The notes beneath the pieces were generated by a model. That model was not told where the DNA came from. It made no database searches and worked only from the letters and a program-made list of their open reading frames with translations. From Blastocladiella emersonii ATCC 22665 (taxonomy: Eukaryota > Fungi > Blastocladiomycota): a stretch of DNA of 64,000 nt. Made by a program: the position numbers and the translations under genes. This document shows positions 20,515-32,640 of the stretch, one piece after another. Numbering within the stretch: position 1 is the stretch's first letter; each line of letters starts with the position of its first letter. The stretch is taken from the NCBI GenBank assembly GCA_025594325.1, contig JANHCV010000012.1:558001-622000 (forward strand), written 5' to 3'.

Positions 20515-21971
20515 ATGAAGCTAATTCAACCTCGAATTCCGGATTGTGTGCTTGAGCTCGTGCTGTGCAACGCGGTTCAGCTCTCATGCCCACCCGACAT
20601 CAACGAGATTCTGCAGTACTCGAGCGTTCTGCCATCCGCGCGCGCACACGATGTCCAGCGTGCCGTTGTGCAGCAGCTTTTTCTGATCTCGATGGACGAG
20701 GCGAGCATGGCTGGCCAGCTTTATGTGCTTGATATTTGGCACCGCTCGGGCCGCCCGCTTGAGTACTCAGGCGCCGCGTTCGGAAACAACATGCCTTACA
20801 AGTCAGCGAAGTGGTGGCGCTCCTCGGGCCTCCCGCTCCCCGAGTGCGAAGTCGCGAAGTGGATCTTTGTACACTTCAACGGCAAGGGGGCCCCCGACGA
20901 CTATCGCCACACCGTTGTACGTAACCTGCTAGTGTCAAGGAAAACCATGAAACAACGTTGACTGAACGATGCTCTACGTTTGGATAGCCGCTCAAGCCCA
21001 CTGCCAACCCTCCCGGTGATGCGGACATCCTTTCATGGTCATCAAACTCTCCTATATTCCCTTCCCATTGTCGGCTGAATAACCGACGCATGACCGAGGC
21101 TGGGGCTGCTGGGGTCTTAGGCAACTGGAAAAGCTGGAATGGCGAACGCCTGCAGGATATCGCTCTCAACTGCTGCGATATCACGCACCCGGTCTTTCAT
21201 GCGATGCAGCTTCCAGCCGACGTCGTTTCGCTTCAGCTCAGCAACAACTGGATTACGATCGACGCCGGGTCCAAGCCGTTTCACTTTCCTGCGCAGCTGA
21301 GCATCCTCAAGCTCAATGAATGTCGTCTTCAAGGTGACCTCCCAACCGAAAATCTCTTCCGTGCGTTGCCACCCACCCTCAACGTGCTTGATCTCTCCCT
21401 CAACAACCTTAGCGGTCGCGCCGCGTCCGCTCTAGCCACGCACCTCCCGCAGAACCTCAAGGAGTTGTTTTTATTGGACTGCCAGCTCAACTCGGACAAT
21501 GTCGCGGCCCTCGCTCAAAACTTGCCTGCGGGCCTGACGGACCTGTACCTGGGCAAAAATCGGTTTACCCACGCGGGTGTCACCGCGCTTGCTGGCTCTC
21601 TTCCTCGCACTCTCCAGTCGCTCAACCTCTCCAATAATCCGCTTTGCGGCAGCAACAACAACGCCGGTATCGTCCATCTGGCCAACGCTCTGCCAAAGTC
21701 GCTTACTTGGCTCGGCCTGTCCAACACCAGTGTTTGCGGAACGGGTCTTATCGCGTTGCTGGCCAACTTGTCGCCCAATTTCAAGATCCTCTCAGTCAAC
21801 CATGTTTCGGCTACGCGTGCAGAGCTCAAGACGGCCTTCGAGTCCCTGACTCCGACCCACTGGAAATCGTGCACTTTCAACGTCAGTCCCGCTTTTGACT
21901 CGGCGACGGGGGCTGATATCGACCGTGACGAGCTCAAGGCCATGCGCCCGCCCAATGGTCGTCTGCGCTGA
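20515..21971 (+). CDS. F-box-like/ankyrin-like + RNI-type LRR protein, paralog 4
   Basis: Exons 20515-20916 and 20988-21971 join in frame across a phase-0 GTACGT...TAG intron. LRRs include LNVLDLSLNNLSG and LTDLYLGKNRFT. Confidence 0.9.
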
Positions 21972-22305
21972 TTTAGAATCGACCGTGAACGTCGTTGTTG
22001 TTTTGTTCTTGATTTTTCTCAACTGTGTTGTTTTTTGATTTTTCTCAATATACTCTTCGCATCGCATTTCTCACTCATGTTGTTTAGCCTAGCAACACCA
22101 ACATCAACGCGGAGAACGCTCAGATGCGAGGTAGCCGCCTGTCGCGAGTTCATAAAAATTCCTGCTATCCGAAAACCGCCCTTCACCACGCCATGCGCGG
22201 CTGCATCGCCACACTAACGGATGTGGAGAGCTCTAGGACAGCGGATGTCCGGTTGATCACATTGATCACGCCGCGCGCCGCGTTCTCTGCAACGGTTGAC
22301 CGCGT

Positions 22306-24033
22306 AATCGAGGGCGAAAGCCCTCTTTTTAGACCGCGTTGCGGCCGGGGAGGCTGTCGACGCTCACGTGAGCATGTCTCCTTCTGGTCATGTGAATGTC
22401 CTCGAAACGCGTGACAGACGCGTCGTTTGTCATCTGACCGGTGTGGCGCAACGCGTTCTCGCCGGGCACGTGACCCACTTCGGCCTAACCCGCGGAACCT
22501 CGGCGCTTGACGCCGGCCAGTGAAGGTCAAGCGGGGTGCGAGACACCGACCCGCGACCAGGCTCGCGATACTCCACGCACATGAACGCGTGAGAGATGCA
22601 CAAACACGTCGTGTCGCCAGCGGAGCCCGGGCTTGGTGTGCGTGTTGGGAAACGGAGCCCGTGCTCGGCGTACGTGCTTGGACGACGCGGGTCACCTTCG
22701 AGCCGTTAGCACGGGCTCGTTGACGGATGCGGGCGCGAGGTCAATGGTCGCGCTCTGAGCGACTTGCAAGGCCCCATGAGTGTTTACAGTGAGGACCGCG
22801 AGCTCGAGAGGTCCGCTTGAGGAGAACCTTGCGTCAGATGTCATTTCTGGCAAAGGTTTAGTTTGCGCAGCTCGTGCGCATCATGAACTAAGTGTGCCGG
22901 AGCCCGCTGACTTCGCGAGGTCGGTTCTCTCGCTCGACCTCGCCGAGGACGCGCAGGGTATCGCGGGTGGAACACTTTCCACGGACGGGTCGCTTCATGA
23001 CGCGGGTTCGCCGGACGTGGCGCCGCGTGTGGGCGTCTTCGTAAGCGGATCGCTGGAACTCGCTGTGTGTCACTGACAGGAAGCACTCGAGCTTCCGCTC
23101 CGAGCTGCGGGGCACCCTCGCCGCCATCGTGTCCGCTCGCCGCGGCGCCCAGCTCACTTACACGCTGAACAACGAGGGCGTTGTCGACGCGGCGCGCTTT
23201 GAGGCGGCACACGCGCATCCGCCCAAGCGAACCTCTTTCTGCAAATTCGCTCCTGTGCTTCCAGCTCCGTGCGCTCGCGAGCCAGCTGATGACCCGTACC
23301 CGTCTACACCAGTACTGGCCGCACCGCTACAAGTCACCCATCCGCGCCAAGTGCCTCAAGACTGGTGTCGAGGTCGCCTACACGCAGGCGCACGCGTTCG
23401 CGTGTCCCGCTTCGCGCGCACTCGTCCCGGCGGTGTTCAACGACGACGCTTCCCGCATCAGCAGCGCCCTCGCGGTGCTCGCCGAGGTCGAGATCGGCGG
23501 CGGCCTCCACGCAAGCGTCGCCGGCTCGCTCGGCGAGCAGCTCAGCAGCTCAAACCGTATCAAACGTACCGCGGCCGCCGTCATGGACGCGCCGGTCGCC
23601 GCATGGTTCAAGCTGCATGGTTCAAGCGGATGTACAACCACCTACGCGAGCTCATCGACCCGCGTCTCGTACTCCCCGCCGCGACGGCCATCGCCTCGAG
23701 CGCCGTGCGGTAGCATACTTGGCGCCCGCGCTGCAACGCGATCGCTGATGCCGCGCCTGTGGCCCATGACGGTGCCCTAACGCCACTCGACGCGAGCGAC
23801 CAGATGCACCGCCCTCCGGCGCGCTTTGCTGCGACGCGCTTTGCTGCGACGCACCGCTCTCCGACCCCGGCGGCAAGTACTGCCATAGCGACGAGGTTCA
23901 AGACTCGTTCAACAGGCGCTTACCCGCGATTCAAGCGTTTGCGCACCCGCACGGCGCCAGCGCCCAACGTGTCACGGGCTTTAGCCCTCGATTGAAAACC
24001 AAACGCGAAGCGTTTATGTGGCTCAAGTATAAT
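22306..24033 (+). mobile_element. Non-autonomous Helitron2-like element
   Basis: 5' AATCGAGGGCGAAAGCCCTC (hairpin). Subterminal inverted copy GGGCTTTAGCCCTCGATT at 23976-23993. 3' hairpin AAACGC-GAA-GCGTTT at 24001-24015. The ~190-bp 5' end and ~60-bp 3' end are shared with the RepHel-bearing element at 31206-35284. Confidence 0.8.
22800..23713 (+). pseudogene. 3' fragment of a non-LTR retrotransposon ORF (RNase H plus Cys/His C-terminal domain)
   Basis: LSTDGSLHDAG (RNase H DGS motif), SFRSELRGTLAAI (catalytic E region), then FQLRALASQLMTRTRLHQYWPHRY...KCLKTG...TQAHAFACP resembling zf-RVT. Frameshifted. Confidence 0.7.
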
Positions 24034-24074
24034 GGCTACACGAACCCTCCTCGCTTCGTCACCTCTGGTCGGGC

Positions 24075-24088
24075 ACGCGTTGCGCCAC
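24075..24088 (+). promoter_or_regulatory. Recurrent motif ACGCGTTGCGCCAC
   Basis: Perfect copy about 100 bp upstream of DUF4470 copy A and 41 bp after the Helitron-like element end. Confidence 0.55.
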
Positions 24089-24190
24089 AGGACTGATCTC
24101 GATTGGGGTGGCAGGCAGATCAGCCACTCCGGCTCGAGCTGATTTCTGCGACCGCTGGCCGAACGCACTCGTCCTCCCTCACCGGCAACC

Positions 24191-27100
24191 ATGAAGCAGA
24201 AGAAGAAATCGAAAAAGCCCGCAACTGGCGGCAATGCATCTGCCAAGGCCCCTGCCATTATGGAATCCACCCCGGGTGCCGTGATGCCGGCGACCCTGAC
24301 CTGTCGCACGCCGTACCGCGGGACCGCGTCGATAGCTTTCGCCCTTTCCGCGACCTGCCGCCGCGCGACTTGTTCCTCTACCACGACCCGTCCTTGCAGC
24401 CTGAGCTACGAGCTCTCCTGTGTGCCTGCGGCGACCTTTCCGAGCTTGCTCGCACCGTGTACGAGGCTGCGGCCAAGAGCGCGATGCCGACGCTTTAGTT
24501 TGTGCTCAACGACTGACAGTCCGAGATCCTGGCCCGAAACTTCCTCATGCTTCACGCCGTCGCCGCTGCCGCTACCGCTTCCGATGGCGAGCTTGATACT
24601 TCGACCCTCGTTCGCTACGTTGGTCAGCTCTGGTACTCGCTGGTACTCGACACGGACGTGCGCGAATTCTGGAACGGCCAGCTGCACGCATGCCTCGACA
24701 AGGACTGGCTCATCGACTCGCCCGCTTCGCCGCTTCGTGTCTTGAACGAAACGACGTTGCTCGAGCTTCCGCGCTGTTGGGCGGCCTGGCTCGAGGTCGG
24801 CTGGTCGGTTGAACAGCTTCTGGAGGAGCGGAACCGCAACTTTGCGTCGGAACAAGGCGGAATCTTGAACGGTGCGGCACATTTTGCTGAAAGGGCGGCC
24901 GAAACCGCTTGGACGATTAATTGGCAGTACCGCGGGGTTTTCGGCAATGCCGAGCAATCGCGCATCACGTGTAACGTCGAGCGCCTCGCGGAGTCGGGCG
25001 CCTTTGCTAGTGGCAGCTCCTTCCAGGCCGAGCATCCGCAAGTTGTCAACCCGACCATGCTTCTCGTTGCCAGCGACGGAAACTCATACTTTGCCAGAGT
25101 GGCGGGTCTCGTACCCGTACCCGCATTCGATCTGTTTCTTGGCCGCGGGGTTCCCGAGTCCGCCATGCTTGCCGAAATTACCGACTGGGTGGCTGCTCTC
25201 TTCTCAGCTCTCCGTCAAGATGACCCTCACCTCCGTGTCGCTTTCGTGCACGGCCACGCGGTCGCGGTCATGGAGGAGCTCGCCGCGGACCCGTCCATGC
25301 GGTTTGACGTCGTCAACACGGACAACCTGATTGACTCGTGCGGGCTTCTCACCATTCTTCTGCATGGATCGGCGCTCCTTGCTCACAACGGCGAAATTCC
25401 GAATCGCTCCCGGTTGCTTGCCCTCTCCCTCGCTTTTGATGTCGAAGACACTGACGATGTGGAACACTACGTTTTGCGCACAACAGGGCTTCCTTATCTC
25501 CTGTTGCCGGCGCTTATTGGGGTTACCGTGGCCGAAATTGTGAGCTCCGACGACCAAGCGACTTTCTTCCAGCACTTTGCGTGGAGCCGCGACCATCTCA
25601 CCAGCTACCCTTTCCGGCACCTTACTTTTGCAAAGGTCCCACACCCTACCGTTCCCTCATGCCTGGAACGCTCCAAGTATCTCTTCGATTCCCTCATGGA
25701 TTGCACTTGCAGCCTTGCCAAGCCTCCGCCGGGTGGTACGTCTCTCCCCCAGTTGCGCGAGCTCCTGAGCCGTGACTGACACCATTTTTTTGCTTGTGAT
25801 TATTTTAGTTTCCAACTTTGCGACCGTGCACGTATTCCCAAAGCTTTTGAGCTTCGCGCTTGCAAGTGGTCGCGTCGTGCTTTTGGGGTCAAAGCTCCAC
25901 AACTTGCCGAGCTGGCCCGAGGCCTACAACTACGTGTTCGACATGATTTCCATGTACGCGCGAACTCCGGGACTAGAGGAGGTATTTACCCCGATGGTTA
26001 CGTGTGGCTTCATCACCGACGCGAAAGTCGCGTCCCACTGCTGCCTTGAGCTGCTGGTCGCTGCTGGTCGCTGCTGACGAAATCTCGTCGCTTTCCAAGC
26101 CGTACCTTGTGCTTGAACTCATCCAGTCCGCGAAAACGTACCGGTATGAGAGTCTGTGTGTTGAACCTGTACATGGCTCCCCGCCGCGATTGCGCGTTCG
26201 ACCCAATGTTCCATCCGACTTGCTTGATGTCAAACTTTCGAAGCTCAAAACGACCAAGCTTGTCGTCTATCGCGAAGAAATGTCGACTGTGACGAGCGAC
26301 TCACCGCGCAAGCGGGAGCTGATCGGCGGCACACTTGTCCCTCTCTCGTCAGCGACCATCGTCCGAGCTCCGCTCAAGCCCTTGACGTCGCTTTTGAACG
26401 GTCTCATCCAGTCGCGCCCGTCTATCCCGCAGTCTGGCCCAGCGAGCCCGCTTGAGTGGCCCATCGCCGTGGAACTTGTGGTCGAAACCATTGATCTACT
26501 TGAAGTCGAGCTTCAATTCCAGCCGACGATGCTGCGAAAGTATTTCATTCCGCGACCAGGCAAGGCGTGGAGTACTTCACTTGGCACAGCGATTGTCACC
26601 GTGGACGGCGTACGCCAGATCATGCACTTGACCACGCCAGGCCGCGTGTACAACTTTAACATGGACTTCGAGACTGACCAGATGACGCTCTTTCTTGAAC
26701 GTGTCATGAATGTGGCAAGCGACTTGGGCCTCTTTCCCTCGCTTCCTCACATTGGCCGTCGCTTCCCAACGCCACCCGGACATCCAGTCATGCGGCACTC
26801 GATTCGCGCGGCCATTTGCAACGCTACGGACTTCGTTTCCTCAATGCTCCCGCCGAAGCCCGACGCCTCGCAAGGCGATGTCAGTGTACTTCGCTCGCTT
26901 GGGCTCTCGCCAGACTCAACTGCGGCTGCCTGGGCTATTGCGGCAATCGAACTCACTCGCTTAATTTTTACGGCGTTTGCTGACGGGATGCAGGGCGTCA
27001 CACTTTGTCAGCCGACGCGCCAGAAGCCAGCAGTTCTTCTATTTGATCGACTTGTCCTGATTCCTTCCGCTGGGCCAGGCATGATCCCAACCCCCGCGCT

Positions 27101-27428
27101 CGAGTGCAACGTGGCGATTGCGCCCGAAGTCGAAGGCTCCGACTTGGCACCGACAGGCCACTTGTTCAACGAGATCACGCGCGCTCTCGAGAGCCGCGTG
27201 TCCCTGCGCGAACTCCCACCCGAAGCGCCCGACCCGTTCCTGTCGCTCAGCTTCTTGCCCATGCCCGATCCTGTGCCCGAGACGGACTCACGGTTTGACG
27301 CTGCCTTGTACGCCTCGTTCCGTCCCAAGCTCGAGCGGGTGCTCGTCCTTCCTTTGTATCCGACCTGCTGCAGCGGGACGGACGTGCTTGGGTCGACGCA
27401 TGAGACGTTCTTGAACAAGGGTGTCTGA
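24191..27428 (+). pseudogene. DUF4470-like large protein, copy A (disrupted)
   Basis: FRPF..LPPRDL, LLCACGDLSELARTV, FVLND*QSEILARNFLMLH and RFDVVNTDNLID are typical of DUF4470 N-terminal domains. In-frame TAG and TGA near 24496-24516, a frameshift near 24320, and an 11-bp duplication near 26053-26075. Confidence 0.7.
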
Positions 27429-27942
27429 AAGATTTGGCTGCTCCCACCCTGGTCTAGTTGGAAATATGTACCTTACCTATAATAGTTGAATTTTCCGTTC
27501 ATTGTTGCATTTCCTCGTGAGCACAGTGTGGTTCGCGAACGAGTTGAGTGGAATCACTGCGAGGCACACTGCGGCGCAGGGCGTGTAGTTGAACCCGCTT
27601 TTGCGGACGCCACTGACGCACGAAACGTCAAAGGATCAGTTCCTCAAGCGAGGCCGGTACGATGCTGCGCTTGCTCGCTACATGTGCGGTCACTCCGTTG
27701 CATCGTCAGCAAATCCCTGCATCGCGGGAAAGGATTCCCACGGAGATCAATGCTACTCTGCTGGGTCATCACCTTTCACCGTTTTCGTGGCCATGAAGAG
27801 GATGAGACGAAAGGCGAGACGCGTCGCGATAACACGTGAGTGGCGCCACGCGGCTGTCCCGTGACGCCGGCTCCCACGCGTCGGGAGGATCGCATCGCGC
27901 CTTTCCTCGCTCTCATGTTATCTCTCGCTCACCCTTTCGCTC

Positions 27943-30900
27943 ATGAATGCACCCAAAACCATGAAACTACCCGCAACTAGCGGTGAGAGGTCGGACTCTG
28001 CTATTATGCTCGACGCACCGGGCACGGCGGTCACAACGCCCCTGACGTGCCGCGCAGTATCGCGGGAACCGTGTTGCCGGGTATCGTCCGTTCCGCCACT
28101 CGCCGCCGCGCGACTTGCTTCTCTCCCACGTCTCGAGTCCGCGGCCGGAGTTGAGCGCGCTCGTGTGTGGCTGCGGCGACCTGGCCGAGGTTGCTCGCAC
28201 CGTATGGGAAGCCGCAACGAAGGGTTTCGCTGCGACGCTTTGCATTACGCTCAACGACTGGCAGCGAAGTCCTTTCTCGGAACTTGCTTATCATGCACGC
28301 AATCACGCTGACTTCGGACGATGAACTCGACGCGGACACACTCGCTCGCCACGTGGGACAGCCTTGGCACTCGACGGTTCTCGATCCGGATGTTCGCGAA
28401 TTCTGGAACGACCGGCTCCGCGAATGTATTACCAAGGACTGGCTCAATGAATCGAATGACTCGCCTTTGTGCGTCCTCGACTCTGCGACTCAACTCGAAC
28501 TCCGCCGTTGCTGGACCGCTTGGCTCGAGGTCGACTGGTCGGTCGAGACGCTCCTGGGAAAGCGTCCGCAGTATCACGAGTCGACTGGTGCCTCGGACGC
28601 GACTACCAGCAAGTCGCATTCGGACTCGGTCGTGGCCTTCATGGGCCGGGCTCACGGGCAGTACCGCGGCGTGCTCGATGGTGTCGAATATGCGCGCACC
28701 GCGTGCAATCTCGAGCGACTCGCCGAGTCGAGCGTGTTCACACAGGGTTCCGTCCTCGTTGTCAATCCCACGATGCTTCTGATCGGCATCGACAACTCGC
28801 CGTACTACGCCATCGACGCGAACTCGCTTCCGACAGACGCGTTCGATTTGTTTCTCGGCCGCGGGCTTCCCGAGTCGGCGATGCTCGCCGAACTCAGTGA
28901 GTGGATTGCGGCGCTTCGTTCCGGCATGCGCGGGAGCAACTCTCGCTTGCGTGTCACCCTTGCTCATGGCCATGCTGTTACCGTCATGGAGCAGCTCGCT
29001 GCCAACCCCGCTTCGCGCTTCGACGTCGTGGACACGAAAAATCTAATGGAATCGTGCGGCCTGCTCAGCATCCTGATCCACGGCTCAGTCTTGCTTCGTC
29101 ACAACGATGACGACGACAATTCGAAGGCATGCTTGCTCTCGTATTCGACGGCGACAGGAATTAGTGCCTCGATGGATCACGATTCCTATTTACGCCGGAT
29201 GACGGGACTTCCACACGAAGCGTTTCCGGCGCTCTTTGGCCTCGTTATTGTCGAGAAACTTCACCCCGAGCGCAAGTCGACGTGGTACCAGCACGCCGCC
29301 TGGGGCCTCGACCACTTGGACAAGCACAAATTGCGTTAACTCTCATTTTCCAAGCTTCCCCATCCATCAGTGCCGACAACGGTTGAGAAATCAACGTTCC
29401 TTATGGACGCATTGACCGGGTGCTTTCACCACGTTGCCCAGGAAAACGCAGAAAGTACGAGCAAGGAAGAAAAGTTGACAGCCGTTCCGCTCACACCGTC
29501 TGCGTAGTTACCAAATTCACCACAGCTACCTCTCTTCGAAAGTTGATCCAGTTTGCCGTAGGCTCCGGGCGAATCGGCTGGGCGGATCCAACTTTCGAAG
29601 ACATTTTTGCAGAGCCCGCTTTCCCATCTGGAACCCGTACCAGGACCGGGCCTTCGTTCTTCATGGAGGAGATTACGGCGAAGTGCATGGCTCGCCCAAG
29701 TTCCAGAACCGAGCTTGACTTTGCGGTCGAGCTCTCTGATTTCGCCTCGGAATCTCGCAGCTGCCTTCTTCAGCTTGTGGTTCCCGCTGACGATTCAACT
29801 TCTCCTCAACCTACTTACATGGCGCTGGATATTGTCGAGCCGCTACAAACCTGGCGCGTGGAGAGCCTCCAAATCGACCCGGTTTACGGTCATCCACCTC
29901 GCCTGCGCGTTTCGACCATGCTCCCGCCCTCGATGATTAACTATTTGTCACCGAAGACCATGCTCGGCGTGTGCCGCGAGCAGCTTACACCATCATTCCT
30001 GCCTAAGGCCGGGCGAACCCTCGTTGGTGGCAAGCTGTTCCCGCTCGCTTCTGCCTTCGTTTTTCAGTCGCCGCCTGGGAAATTCATCACGGTTACCGAT
30101 GCGCTGGTCGAGTCGCGTCCGCGTTTTAATGAGGCCTGCTTCCGTAATCCGCGCAATTGGCCGCTTCCCGTGGGCGAGGTCATCGAAAGGGCGGACAGAA
30201 TCGAAATCCACTTGAGCATTCCGCCCAGTGTGTCAGCCGCGACGGCCAAGTTTACGCTGCCAAAGCCTGCCGATGTGACCCTTCCAAGCTCTAGCGTGCC
30301 CGATATCTACCTCGGTATAGCAGCGCTTCTCATGGACGGTGTGCCCCAACCGATGCGCGTGACCTCGCCTGTGCGCGTAGTGAACGTGCAGGTCGCTCGC
30401 AAGCAGGGCCGCGTCGCGCTTACCCTCAAGCGCATCATGCACGTTCTCGTCGACAACCGTTTCTTCGCTGTCGGAACGCGGGCCGGTCGTAGGTTCCCTG
30501 TCTTGCTCACAAGTCGTACCGTGCAGCACGCAGTTCGCGCAGCTTGTGCCGCGGTGACAGACCTGGTCAACATCCTTCATCCGCCTTGCGCACATGTGGG
30601 ACGTGACGGAGCGAGGGTGCTACGCGAACTCGATCCCCAGTTCTTCGGCATGCCAGTGCGCCGGGGCGCTGCCGCCACCGTTGAAGTGATACGGCAAATC
30701 TTCGAGGCCTTCGCCAACGGGAACGAGGTGGTATCGATTCCCCTAGAGCACAGCAACCCCTTTGTTCTCATCCTTCTTGATCGAGTAGTCCTTCTGGGAT
30801 GATCCCAACGCCTGCGCTTGAGTGCACCTTGGCCACACTCTCGTTTGACTCTGGAGGCGAAATTCTCGCTCAATGTGGCCAGAACCTCAATTGTCGCATG

Positions 30901-31134
30901 CGCATGCATACGTTGTCGAAGGATGCCCTTACACCATACTCGCTCACCGCTTCCGCTTTCATGTCCTTGCCGGATCCCGTGCCCGAAACGGATCCGCGGT
31001 TTGGGACTGCGTTGTACCCTAACCTTCGCAGGTTCCTCAAGCGGGCGCTGCTCATTTCGGCCTATCCAGTGAGTGGCAGCGGAATGGACTTGCTCGGCCC
31101 AACGCTCAGGGCGTTCATGGCCAAGAGCGTCTAG
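27943..31134 (+). pseudogene. DUF4470-like large protein, copy B (disrupted)
   Basis: Colinear with copy A (LVCGCGDLAEVARTV, LSRNLLIMHA, RFDVVDTKNLME, MIPTPALEC, PDPVPETD). Frameshifts near 28055, 28265, 29340-29480 and 30800. Confidence 0.7.
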
Positions 31135-31583
31135 TGGCGCTGTTGCTTCGATCTGCTGTGCCGCTCCGGGTTTCTGCCTTCTTGACTCTACTCTTCTCCT
31201 CCCTAAATCGAGGGCTAAAGCCCTCTTTCTAGACCGGGTCGCTGCCGGATAGGGTGCCGACGCTCACGTGAGCGCCATGCACGTGAGCGACCCGAAAACG
31301 CGTGACAGACGCGTCGTTTCTCATGTGACTGCTGTGGCGCAACGCGTCCTGGCCTTGCACGTGATCGGCCTCGGCCCAACCCGCGGAAGCGCCGCGCGGC
31401 GCCAACCAAGGGCGAACGGAGCGCGTTGCACCGACTCGCGTGCTTCGCGAGCTTCTGAGTTCAAGAGGATCGGAGCGATGTGAACGTAGGAGGACGAAAA
31501 GTACATCTTTGTGCGGGAGGAAAGAAGAGTCTGCGCGAGTCTGCGCGAGGGGAATGAACAGAGTCGGGGCGGGAGCGAGTGCA

Positions 31584-32640
31584 TCAGGTTGACGAGGACA
31601 GGCGGCCGCTGTGGCGCCGCTTGGGCTGCGCCTCGTGCTCGTCGTTGACGACGCACTCCTCGTGCTCCTCCTTGGCGGCCGCGGCGGCGGTCGCCGCCGT
31701 GCGCTTCGTCGCGTTGGCGGTAGACGTCGGGACACCGGCTTGGTCGTCACCGATGGCGGCGGGCGTGCACGCCGCGAGCGCCGCGGTTGTCGGAGCCGCA
31801 GCTGCGGCCGCGTCGTCCATGTCGCACCCGACCGACACGGAGTTCGAGTCCGGCACCCCCACGACGATCTTGTCGATGCTGCCGATCGCGATGAGTGAGT
31901 GCGTCCAAATGGGGTCCGCGCAGCTCGGGAAGCCGCCGTACTTCTTGGTGCCGGTGTTCATGCCGCCGGCGTTCTTGGTGTTGGCGGGCGAGTCGATGGC
32001 GGGCGACACGACAGCGGGCGGCTGGATCGCGTGCTCCTGCGTCACGGGCGCCGCGGCGGGCGAGACGACGGCGGCCGAGATGTTGACGGGCTGCTGGATC
32101 GTGAGCTGCTGCGCCGCGGGTTCCGCGGCAATCGAGGCGGCGACCTGCTGCACACCGTGACCAGCGGCGCCCGATGCGACGCCGTTTGCCGCGGCGCGGG
32201 CGGCCTGGTGCGCGGCGAGGTTGTTGACAAAGTTCTCGCGGCCGTCGCGCATGCACTCGTGGTACACCTCCGTGGCCTCGTTGAGCTCGGCCCGCATGCC
32301 CTTCATCGTGCGCGGCACGCCTGCCGAGGTGAAGGCCTCGTCGCCGGGGAAGCCCGGGTCGTCGTCGGATTCTGACGAGTCCGACGCGTTCACGTCGCAG
32401 AGGAACCGCGGCCGCGGCGGTGCCGTCAGCGTCGCGCGAGCCGGACCCGTGCTTGGCGTCGTCGGGGTCGGCGGCCCCGTGTACTTGGGCTCCTGCGGCT
32501 GCGTGTACTGCACGGCGGACCGGGCGATGCGCGTGGCCGGCGGCCTCCGCGACGGCGTCTTCGAGGTTGCGACCCGGCCCGGCGACGAGGCGCGCCTTGA
32601 AGATGTCCTTGGCGGCCTTGTACGCGTAGACCCACTGCGA
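31584..32640 (-). pseudogene. 5'-truncated second ORF of the Helitron, divergent from RepHel
   Basis: GC3-rich coding-like frames (SQWVYAYKAAKDIFKARL, then after a frameshift near 32540 ...MRAELNEATEVYHECMRDGRENFVNNL). No start; abuts the truncated RepHel. Confidence 0.55.

Noticed and set aside
24496-24516. Two in-frame stops (TAG, TGA) in DUF4470 copy A as possible recoding or A-to-I editing sites
   Set aside because: The same gene also has frameshifts and an 11-bp duplication, so ordinary pseudogenisation is the simpler explanation.
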